Shown: positions 1 to 10,800 of the stretch, one piece after another
Layout of the letters: each line of letters starts with the position of its first letter
Numbering within the stretch: the stretch's first letter is position 1
From: Candidatus Poribacteria bacterium
GTDB lineage: Bacteria > Poribacteria > WGA-4E > WGA-3G
Direction of reading: 5' to 3'
Length of the DNA stretch: 64,000 bases
Assembly (NCBI GenBank): GCA_965214095.1
Contig: OZ243938.1
Coordinates: forward strand, 128,001 to 192,000
Notes under the pieces: model-generated
Told to the model about the DNA's origin: nothing
What the model saw: the letters and a program-made list of their open reading frames with translations, nothing else
Database searches by the model: none
Made by a program: the position numbers and the translations under genes

Positions 1-2
1 AA

Positions 3-371
3 GACTATCACAGCGTTGCCCGTGAAGTATTCCCAATTCTTATTCAACTTGCTACTGATAACACACGTCCGACTATTTCCTATGGACAACTTGCTGAAAA
101 AGTTGGAGTTACACATATTCCTTCAAATAGAAGAGGACATTGGATGCGTTGGCCACTTGGATCTATATGGTGTACGCTTTTTGAATACCAACAGGAGTCA
201 GATTTAGACATACCCTATTTAACAACTATTGTTGTCAACAAAAGTACTGGTATCCCCACCGTTTTCAAAGAAAGGTTGAATTGGTCAGAGGAAAAAATCA
301 AATTGGAACAAGATGCTGTATACAAATTTGAACACTGGACCGATATCATGGAAGCAATCTGCCAAAAGTAG
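3..371 (+). CDS. Hypothetical winged-helix-like protein, 5'-truncated by the window edge
   Basis: Frame 3 is open from base 3 to TAG at 369-371 (DYHSVAREVFPILIQLA...TISYGQLAEKVG...WPLGSI...IPYLTTIVVNKSTGIP...). This extends the track ORF 144..371. The pattern (T/S)YG.LA ... IP.LT.IVVNK.TG.P resembles small wH domains, by eye only. Confidence 0.55.
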   Translation, partial: DYHSVAREVFPILIQLATDNTRPTISYGQLAEKVGVTHIPSNRRGHWMRWPLGSIWCTLFEYQQESDLDIPYLTTIVVNKSTGIPTVFKERLNWSEEKIKLEQDAVYKFEHWTDIMEAICQK

Positions 372-1389
372 TCTCCCCACGATCTGACATCTATTGTTAT
401 GCCCTAACAAATCAAGAATCGCACCCTCTTCATATCAGACGATCTGTCATCAGAAGCTTGCTCGTTCCATTTCGTTTCACATGGCTATGATGAGACGTAA
501 CTACATTTCACTACGACAACGCCACAGGTACTTCACTACTGCTACGGTTGTATGCTGACGCACCGGCCTTGGCAGACGCATCATACACCCGCATTCACTC
601 CACCATCCCCGTCTGTTGCATCTGTCCCGTTGCTTTATGAAACCCTTCATAAATACCCAATGACCACCCGTAAAACTGAAACGCAAAACCTGTCAAATCC
701 GTAATCGTATGCAAAACCTTGACAAACGTGTTCAAATTACTTCCGTATCAACATCTTGCGCGTCGCAGTCCAATCACCCGCTTTGAATGTATAGAAATAC
801 ACACCTGCCGCAACCTTTTCACCGATTGCGTTCCGACCATCCCAATGTGCAGCACGGCTACGACTTCTGTAGAAACCTGCCTTCTGATGTCCTAACACTA
901 ACCGCCGCACGACGACACCACGCATATTGTAGATTGTTATTGTGACATCCGATGCTTTGGACAATTGATACGGTAGCCATGTTTCAGGGTTGAACGGGTT
1001 GGGATAATTCAACAGTAAAGCAGTAGTGTTTGGTGTAGCATCTTTGTTAAGGGAAGGCGCGCCGGTATCAGCAGCGTAGATTTCTACCGGCAAGCCTGTG
1101 GAAGGTTTGACGAATCTGTAGCCGGTATGATAATAGGCGGGGATAACTACTATATGGAAAATATCTACAGTGACAGCTTCTGTTGTTCCGGGGGTACGCG
1201 TAACAGTAAAAGTACTACTTTCATTCATTCCTGTGGAAATTCGGAGGACTTTTGGATCAGGGTTTGTCCCATGCTCAAGCTTGATATATACAACAACGTC
1301 ATACGGTGCACCTAATGGTATCACTGCCTTGACTTTCCCGTCTTCAACTTTCTCCAGCGATACAGTAAACAGCATCGGGTCTACGAGGT

Positions 1390-2140
1390 TACCTAATAAC
1401 CAGAGTCCTAGCAGATCGAAGAGTCCGTTACAGGTGCCCGGTGGTAAAGAACTCAATCTGTTATGCTCCAGATAAAGTAATTGCAATTTAACAAGATTAT
1501 TAAAGATGCCTGATGGCAAGGAACTCAAATCGTTATGATCCAGATCAAGGTATACCAATTTAGCAAGGTTATCAAAGATATCTGGTGGTAAGGAACTTAA
1601 ATCGTTATTGCCTAGTCTAAGTTCTTCCAAATTTGTAAGGTTGTCAAAGAGACCCGGCGGTAAAGAACTCAAATCGTTATTGCCTAGTCTAAGTTCTTCC
1701 AAATTTGTAAGGTCGTCAAAGATATCTGATGGTAAGGAACTCAAATCGTTATTGCCTAGTCTAAGTTCTTCCAAATTTGTAAGGTTGTCAAAGATATCTG
1801 ATGGCAAGGAACTCAAATCGTTATCGTACAGCAGAAGCTGTTTCAAATTTGTAAGGTTGTCAAAGAGACCTGGCGGCAAGGCACTTAAATCGTTATTGGC
1901 CAATATAAGCATTCTCAATTTGGTAAGGTTGTCAAAGAGACCCGGCGGTAAAGAACTCAAATCGTTATTGTCCAAAGAAAGTAGTTCCAATGCAGTAGTG
2001 TTATCAAAGAGACCCGGTGGCAAGGAACTCACGCTGCCGTATCTCATAAAAAGCGTTTCCAATGCAGGCAATTCATCAAAAATACCTTCGGGTAAAGAAG
2101 TAAAATCATTATAACCCAGATCAAGCTTTCTCAATCGGGT
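1390..2140 (-). repeat. 72-bp (24-aa) tandem LRR repeats, about 10-11 units, three nearly identical
   Basis: AAATCGTTATTGCCTAGTCTAAGTTCTTCCAAATTTGTAAGG recurs at 1599, 1671 and 1743 (72-nt period). The protein reads LEELRLGNNDLSSLP three times. Confidence 0.95.
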
Positions 2141-2918
2141 GAGTCCATTGAAATCGCCGGCACTCAACGATGTGATTGCGCGTCTGTCGCGTCTGTTTAG
2201 GTCCAAATCTCTGATTTTCGCCAGATCTTCTGGTGTTACATCATCATCAGTTGCTACGCCAGCTGCAGCAACGATAGCATCCCGAACTGCTGGTGTTCGA
2301 CTGCTAATCGGCGGATCAATAATTTCGGGTACATCGGTAACATTTATCGTCACTGTGATGCTGTCAGTACCATTGTTCCCATCAGAGACAGAAATTATGA
2401 GCGCATACAAGGTTTTCGTTTCATAATCCAACGTTGAACTTGTTTTCAGTATACCGTCATCACGACCAATCTCAAACGCATTATGATCCGTGCTGTTATT
2501 ACTACTGAGACTGTAGATTAAGGTGTCACTGGTATCCTGATCTGTCGCTGTGTAAGTGCCGATCTCTCTGCCAATTGCCACAGTCTCAGCAACATCTATG
2601 CTTGTCCTATACCCTGGTGTGAATACTGGAGGATCGTTGTCATTTGTAACGTTAATCGTGATACCAATAGTATCGCTTGCCTCCTCATCGGAGACAATCA
2701 CTGTTATCAAATAACTGGCTTTGGTCTCATAATCAAGCACAATACCGGTTCTGAGTTGTCCTGTGTTTGGAACAATAGTGAACGCGGCAGCATCACTATT
2801 GATACCGATCCGATAGGTTAAGGTATCACCAGTATCCTGATCTGTTGCAGAAACAGGCGTGCCGACATTCGTTCTCACCTGTGTATTCTCAGCAACGTAA
2901 CGCACTGCGGTAGTGCCT

Positions 2919-4120
2919 TCTGTGAACACGGGTGCATTATTCGGTGTTTGCGTACCCTGATCCGTTTCACCGGCGCGTTGAGGTGTTCCATCGTCATTCT
3001 GACCCGTTTCACCGCTGCCTTGATTCGTAGGTTTATCATCGTCTTTATTTACGACGGTCTCATCTTTATCAGATATATTGACGATGACATCAATGCTGGT
3101 GATGTGTGTGCCATCAGAGACAGTTACTCTTACCTTATAAGTCTTATCTGGGTCTAAAGTGACACCTTCTTTAACTCCCAATTCTCCTGTTTCGGGATCA
3201 ATATCAAACAATTCAGCATCGTCACCGCTGAGCGAATAAGTCAACGTATCGCCATCCGGGTCTGTGGCAGTGATGGTTCCCTCTGTTGTTTCTGTTTCCG
3301 CTTCTGTTGTGATGGTGATAGTCGTGGTTGTGCCTTGGGTGAACACAGGTGGGTTTTCCTCAACATCAATAATATTAATGACAACATCAATACTTGCGGT
3401 GCGTTCTCCATCAGAGGCAGTGATGATGACTGCGTAAGAGTTGTTTGTTTCATAATCCAGTGGTGCTTCTGTTTTCAATTGTCCAGTCGTGCTATCAATA
3501 CTAAACAATGCATCGTCAGTGCCAGCAAGGCTATAGGTAAGGGTGTCGTCATCAGGATCCGTGGCAACAACGGCATCCCCGATGTTAGTCCCTGCCGTTG
3601 TATTTTCTGTCACAGAACGTCTGGTGTTTGTGCCTTCTGAGAACACGGGTGTGCGATTTGACTGGGGTGGTGGTTGTGTTTGTGCTGTTTCGTCAATATC
3701 CGTGACGTTTATCGTAACGTCAATCCTATCTGTGACCTTCCCATCTGTCACGGTAATCGTCACCGAATAGATTGATTGTGTTTCGTAATCCAAAGCAATG
3801 CTGGTTTGCAGCTGCCCTGTGTTATTGTCAACACTGAAAGAACCAGCATCTGTACCACCAAGTGTATAAATCAACGTGTCATTGTCGGCATCTGTTGCTG
3901 TAACGGCATCCCCGATGTTTTCACCTATTTCAGTATTCTCTTCGACAGATCGGGTGGTGGTGCTGCCCTCTGTGAACACGGGTGCATTATTCGGTGTTTG
4001 CGTACCCTGATCCGTTTCACCGGCGCGTTGAGGTGTTCCATCGTCATTCTGACCCGTTTCACCGCTGCCTTGATTCGTAGGTTTATCATCGTCTTTATTT
4101 ACGACGGTCTCATCTTTATC
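2919..4120. repeat. Perfect 152-bp direct repeat (2919-3070 = 3969-4120), 1050-bp period
   Basis: Identical base by base. It encodes the linker DKDETVVNKDDDKPTNQGSGETGQNDDGTPQRAGETDQGTQTPNNAPVFTE. Confidence 0.95.
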
Positions 4121-7100
4121 GGAGATGTTGATGTTGACATCAATGATGGTGTTGTGTGTGCCATCAGAAACAGTTACCGTTACCATATAAGTCTCACCTA
4201 GTTCTAAAGTTACACCTTCCTTGACTTTCAATTCCCCGGTGTTGGGATCAATATCAAACAGTTCCGCATCGTCGCCACTGATCGAATAAGTCAATGTGTC
4301 GCCATCCGCGTCTGTGGCAGCGATAGCCGCTTCTGTTTCCAATTTCGTTGTGATGGTAATAGTTGTGGTTGTGCCTTGGGCGAATACAGGTGGGTTCTCC
4401 TCAACATCAATAACGTTGATGATAACATCAATATTTGCTGTGAGTTCTCCATCAAAAGCAGTTACCTTCACTGAATAGGATGATTTTGTTTCATAATCCA
4501 ATGGAGATCCTGTTCTCAATTGTCCAGTCGTGTTATCAATACTAAACAATGCAGCATCAGTGCCTTCAAGGCTATAAGTGAGAGTGTCGTCATCAGGGTC
4601 CGTGGCAACAACGGGATCCCCGATATTTTCACCTATTTCAGTATTTTCCTCCACATTCCGAGTCGTGCTGCTACCCTCAGTAAACATCGATGCGCGATTT
4701 TCATTTACATCAGTTATTATGATCGTCACCGAAATGCTTGCAATAGTATCACCATCGGTAGCGGACACGATAACGGTATAGGTAGACTTTGTTTCAAAAT
4801 CAAGGTCTTCCTTCGTTGTCAATTGCCCCGTTTCAGGATCAACCTCAAACGCATCAGCATCTTCTCCGCCCAGGGTATAGGTAAGCCTATCGTTATTCGC
4901 ATCAAGTGCTGTGAATGCTGTGCCGATGTTTATGCCTTCTTCTGTGTTTTCTGGAACAGAGTATGTGGTTGGCGTGGTTTGTGTGAATATAGGTGCTACA
5001 TTGATTAGGGGAAAGATTTCAAGCGGCAAGGCATCTGATTTGACTAACTCGTAGCCTGCATGTAGTGATGGTATGTGTGGGAGTTCACTAATATCTACGG
5101 TAACAGCATCAATCGTGTCTGGCGTTCGGGTGACAGTGTAAGTGTCGCTTTCCACACTACCTTGTGGGATTGTGATGGTGTCTATACTATCAGATATAGT
5201 TCCATTTGTGGTGGTCAGTGTGAGCGATATATCAAACGGCGCACCTGTGGGAATAACCGCTTTGAAACCGTCTTCATCAACCTTTTCTAACGATAAAGTC
5301 AGTGTTAAAGGATCAACGGCGTTTCCACTGAGATCCAATGATTCCAATGACACAAACCCTTCAAAAATACCATCCGGCAGATATGTCAGTTTGTTACCCC
5401 GCAGACTCACTGTTTTCAGTGATAATAGACCATCAAATATGTCTTCTGGTAGATGTGCTAATTCGTTATTGTTGAGATAGAGTGTTGTCAGTGCCAGCAT
5501 ACCAGAGAAGTCATGTGTCCTGAGTGATTTGATCCGCATATCAACTAAATTGAGGTTTGTGATAACAGCAAGATCAACATCTGCCACGTTCTGACAATGC
5601 ATCAATAGTGGATACATCGCTTCAATCGCCGTTACCACTTCGGGTGTGCGATTACACGCAGTTGATCTGGCAAGAACATAGCCGTAATGATTTAGCGGAA
5701 TATCGGCTAACTTCCCTATATCCATAATCGGTGTTTCCCCTGTGGGTACAATCGTAAAAGTTTCACTCTTCAGTGTGCCTTTCTGCACAGTAACCGTTGT
5801 TGTATCTCCGCTGATATTGCCATCGGTAACGATAATCGGTACAACAATATCAAAAGGTGCACCTGTCGGCACAATCACTTGAAATTGGTTTGTGTCAACC
5901 TGTTGTATTGAAACAAAAATCGGCATCGGATTAAGCAGATTATTGCCTAATCGCAGTGTTGTAAGTGCTGTCAAACCTTCAAATATACCAGCAGTCAGAC
6001 CTGTTAGTTTGTTACCGTGAAGGTTGATATCGGAGAGATTAGGCATACCAGAAAAATCACCAGTCTTCAGTCTTGTGATACCGGTATCGCGAAGATTGAG
6101 TGCTGAAATTGCCGCGATCTGTGCATCGGTTATCTCGTCTATAGCAGGTGTCTCTATGAGATTGTTAGCGACTACGACGTTTTCCACTATTGCATCGCGC
6201 ACTTGTGGTGTCCGTTCGCTAAGAGGTAGTGATACAGAGACAAATTCTGTGTCCGCCAAGTCTATCAGACGGATAATGACAGTTATCGTGTCGGTGAGTT
6301 GTCCATCTGATGCAGTGACACTTACAAGATACAACGGCTTCCTTTCAAAATCCAAAGCTGTCTTCGTTTTGAGTTGTCCAGTTTCGGTATCAATATCAAA
6401 TGCATCTGCATCAATACCACCAAGTGAGTATGTGAGGGTGTCGTCTGGTGTGTCGGGAGCATTGTCCATATCTGCTACTGTATCTATAGCCGTGATAGGT
6501 GTGCCAATGTTTTCACCTGCTGCCGTATTCTCTGTTACTGTGCGGACAGTGATAACACCATCAGTGAAAGTCGGGGCGAAGTTGTCTAACACATCAATGA
6601 CATTGATGGTAACTGTGATAGTATCTGTGAGCAGTCCATCGGAAGCGGTGAGCGTGACTGAATAGAAGAACTTTGTTTCGTAGTCTAATGCTGTTTTTGT
6701 TTTAAGTTGTCCAGTTTCAGGGTCAATATCAAACGCCTCTGCGTCAATACCTCCAAGTGTATATGTAAGGGTGTCGTTTGCGTCCATATCTGTTGCAGTA
6801 ATGGGATTACCGATGTTTGTGTCTGATGCCGTATTCTCATCAACAGAAACCGTGATACTTGCACCATCCGCAACACAGGTGGGACATTGCCAATAATAGC
6901 AACAATCGGAAGTGTCTCAGATTTGGATAACACATAACCGTAGTGGTTGCGCGGTAGGTTCGGTAGATTTCCGATGTCCGCAGTGGCATCCAATCTTGAA
7001 TCGGGTGGACGATTGACTGTGATACTCTCGCTAACCATACTCCCTATAGGTATGGTAACCGTCGTGACATTATCCATAAGTATACCGTTGGAAACGCTAA

Positions 7101-7586
7101 TCGGCAGGACAATATCAAATGGAGCACCTTCCAGGACAACAGCCCTAAACTTCCCTTCTGCGACCTTCTCCAATCCGATAGTAAGTGGCAGCGGATCAAC
7201 CGTATTGCCACCTAATCGTAGCGATGTCAAGGCATCCAGTCCTTCAAAAATACCAACCGGCAGACGTCTGAGTTCGTTGGCATATAGGTTCAGATTTGTC
7301 AACCCTGTCAAGCCTGAGAAATCACCAGTTTGCAGTTCAGAAATAGCTGCATTTCTCAGATTGAGCTCAGTTATTGCAGCCAGATGTGCTTCGGTCAATT
7401 GGTCGGCAGTATTGACACCCGCAGCAGATGTGATAGCATCCCGCACCTGTGCTGTGCGTTCACTTGCAGGGACGACTTCGGCTGAAATACCAAAATTCAT
7501 ACCAATAGGAAAAATAACCAATAAAACGGTCATAACACAATTTTGATTCAAAAGTTGCGTAATCACAAGTAACTCCACTTTCATTA

Positions 7587-7792
7587 CCAGGACCGGTAGG
7601 TTCGGTTTCCTAACCGAACCATGGGCGTCAATTTAGTGTAAATTAGGCGTTTTCCCCAGGACGGTAGGTTCGGTTTCCTAACCGAACCGGATCCTACGCG
7701 AGAACCTCTATGAAGGTATTTGGCACAAAGCCGGTTCGGTTTCCTAACCGAACCTACCGGCCCTTGGAAGGACACTAAATTGACCACCCATG
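7587..7792. repeat. GTAG-type REP cluster / MITE-like element
   Basis: Hairpin GGTTCGGTT-TCCT-AACCGAACC occurs three times: 7596-7620 and 7664-7688 with 5' GTAG, and 7733-7757 with 3' CTAC. An outer imperfect inverted repeat is CATGGGCGTCAATTTAGTGT (7620-7639) / ACACTAAATTGACCACCCATG (7772-7792). Confidence 0.85.
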
Positions 7793-7838
7793 ATGCGATT
7801 TCCAAACTGCACTATTTACTCAGCCCTGAAAAAACTCC

Positions 7839-10800
7839 TTACTTTCGTATCAACATCTTCCGCGTAGTCGTGAAATCTCCTGCCTTGAATGTGACAAAAT
7901 AGACTCCTGCAGCTACCTTCTCACCAATACTATTTCTACCATCCCAATAAGCAGCACGGTTCCGATTCATGTAGAAACCTGCTTTTTGATGTCCCAATAC
8001 TAACTTACGTACAACAACCCCACGCATATTGTAGATCGTCAATGTAACATCCGATGCTTTCGCTAACTGATACGGTATCCACGTTTCAGGATTGAACGGG
8101 TTGGGGAAATTGGACAAGAGAACAGTCTTGTCGGGTGGCTGGATGTTGCTGGGTGCAGGAGGAATAGCATCAATCACCGTCAACGGCAAATCATCGGATT
8201 TTGTATAATTGCAGCCAGAAAAGCCGGAGAGCGTTGGTAATGTACTAATATCTACCGTAACAGCCTCGGTTGTACCTGCAGTGCGTGTAACGGTGAACTC
8301 ATCACTTTCCACTTCACCTGCTTCCATGACAATACTTGTGACATCACCTGAGATACTTCCATTCGTAACAGCAACGACTGTAGTTGCTTCCTTGGGTGCT
8401 CCTGCGGGTATTTTTACCTTGAACTTTCCATTTGCTGTCTTTATGAGCGTTACGGGGATAGGGACATTGATATACGTCCCAAAACTAACATTGTTGTGAC
8501 TCAGACCAAGATAGCTCAGGTTGGAGAGAACTGTAAAGAACCCATCCGGTAACCTAAGAATATTGTTATTGAAAAGTTCGAGTCTCCTTAGAGCGGTAAG
8601 TGGTTTAAAAGCATCAAGATTTATATTTGCATTAAAACTATTTCCACTGAGATTAAGACTCTGAAGTTTGGTATTATATTTGAAAATATCAGAATGGAAA
8701 TTGAGTAAGTTGCTCTCACCTAATTTAAGGTCAGTCAAATTAACGAGATCATCAAAAATACCTACCGGTAAATTAGTACTATAGAATGAGAACTCTAAAT
8801 GAACCAAATTTACAAGGTCATTAAAATCACCACTGTTTGGATTCCCCACGCCATGGGCAATGTATGTCAATCTCCTAATAAATGAGAGATGATGATTTAG
8901 CAGGTCATCTCGCCTAAGATTCGGAAATCTATCCTTAAGAGCCCACATAATAGAACCATGAAGAGTAGCACCATCATCACTACCAAATATGATTCTTTGT
9001 GTGCGTTCACTAAGAGGAGGGTCAGGTGGGGTTTCATCTATGTCGTTGACCTCAATTGTGACAGCAAGCGTTGCACTATCATTACTTGAACCACTATCAT
9101 CCGTCACCTTGACGGTTATGGAATATGAAGATTGTTCTTCGTAATCCAGTACAACAGCTATTTTGAGCTGCCCGGTTTCACTGTTAATACTAAACGAATC
9201 CGCATCCGTCCCCTCCAGACTATAGGTCAACGTGTCCTCGTCTGCATCCGTTGCTGTAAAACGACTACCAAGGTTGGCATTTATCCTGTTTTTTTCATCA
9301 ACACTCAAGGTTGTACTGACACCGTCATTGAACACAGGCGGATTATTCGTACCAGGTATAATATTTATGTTTGGACCTTTTATGAGACTATATCCGTAAT
9401 GACCTGAGGGCAGGCTTGGTAGGCTGTCAATAGATGCATTGACTCTACTTGTAGAGCCAGAGTTCCGTGTGGCCGTAAGTGTTTCACTATCTGTGCTACC
9501 TCGTGAAATGGAAACACTTGTTACACTGCTATTAATAGTAGCGTTTGAGACACTTACAGGTACTTCTATTTCAAAAGGTGCCCCAACAGCTACCACGACT
9601 TTGAACTCACCGTCTTGGACTTTCACCGCAGTTATATCAAGTGGCAGTGGATCAACGCTGTTGTTTCTTAGGTCAACTCTGTCAAGACTCGAAAGGTTGA
9701 GAAATAACCCGTCCGGTATAGAACTGAAACTGTTGTTTGATAGGTTAATTTCATCAAGTGAAGTGAGTGTATTAAAAATACCATTAGGTAGACTGCTCAA
9801 ATTGTTCTCGCTGAGATCAATTGACTTGAGCGAAGTGTTGTTATCAAAAATCCCCGCGGGGACACTAGTTAAGTTATTCTCATCGGCTCTAAATGAAGTT
9901 ATTGACGTAAGTTCATTGAAAAGACCAGAAGGAAACGTTGTCAAGCTGTTATTTTCGAATGAAATTGCTGTTACACCGGTAAGATCATCAAAATCTCCAG
10001 TTTGAAGACTCGAAATATTCTTTTGTTTGAAATCGAGTGTGCCAGTAATAGCTGCCAGGTCGTCTGCTGCTATATATGCTGGATCGCTTATACCTGTTAC
10101 CGAGATGAGTTTATCGCGTACTTGTTGTGTGCGTTGATTGACAGGTGTGGATGTCTCCGTAGCGTCAAGGATATTGATGGTTACATCAATAGTATCACTG
10201 TTATCGCTATGACTGCTGTCATCAGTTACCTTGACGGTGACGGAATATGAAGATTCATCTTCAAAATCTAATTCTGCACTGGTTTTGAGCTGCCCGTTTG
10301 TGGTGTCAATGCTAAAGGATGCGGCATCTGTGCCTTCCAGGCTATATGTGAGTATATCAAGATCATCTGCATCTGTTGCGGTTAATGGAGCACCGATATT
10401 TGTACCGGGAGCTGTTATCTCCCTCACTGAAAGGGTGATACTGCTACCATCGTTAAATACTGGGGCATTATATTCAGTCCTAATTAAATTTATATTTGGA
10501 CCTTTCCTCAGCCTATAACCATAATGGTTCCAGGGGAGAGAAGAAAACGATCCCAAACTTACAGTGACATTCCCAGTTGTACCTTCGTCGCGTGTGACAG
10601 TAAATGTCTCGCTATCTGTACTGCCCTGTGAAATGGTTGCACTTGTGGCACCACCAGTGATGGAACCATTGGTGACACTCAGTGCCACTGTGATGTCAGT
10701 CGGTGCACCGGTAACTGCGACGACTTTGAACTGATCCACTGCAATTATTTCAAAAGTTATTTCCAGTGGCATCGGATCAACGGGGTTGCCATCCATATCA

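Larger units (their letters stand above)
737..7584 (-). pseudogene. Giant cadherin/LRR secreted protein (paralog D, about 2280 aa if repaired), split by a 1-bp deletion near 6872
   Basis: ORF 6685..7584 has a signal-like N terminus plus a cap-LRR-Ig module. ORF 737..6787 continues with cadherin repeats (LDYE, A.D.D.D, N.APVF), LRRs and the YPNPFNPETW..RKMLIRK tail. The minus strand reads CCT GTG TTG CGG ATG; adding one T gives PVFADGASITVSVDENT and joins the two frames. Confidence 0.85.

Noticed and set aside
16-207. 63-aa ORF in frame 1
   Set aside because: It overlaps the longer, more protein-like frame-3 ORF running from the window edge to 371.
372-736. Intergenic repeats (ACGATCTG(A/T)CATC twice, a TTTATGAA/TTCATAAA hairpin) and ORF 501..686
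   Set aside because: The repeats are short and imperfect, and I could not support an ncRNA, att site or gene. The hairpin may be a weak terminator.
1390-2140. Diversity-generating retroelement as the source of LRR variation
   Set aside because: No reverse transcriptase or non-coding template repeat is in the window, and no evident adenine-only variation. Action in trans cannot be excluded.
7596-7757. Three palindromic repeats about 68 nt apart as a mini CRISPR array
   Set aside because: The third copy is inverted relative to the GTAG foot, the flanks form a larger inverted repeat, and no cas genes are present. It fits REP/REPIN better. ORFs 7584..7805 and 7720..7902 are translations of this element.
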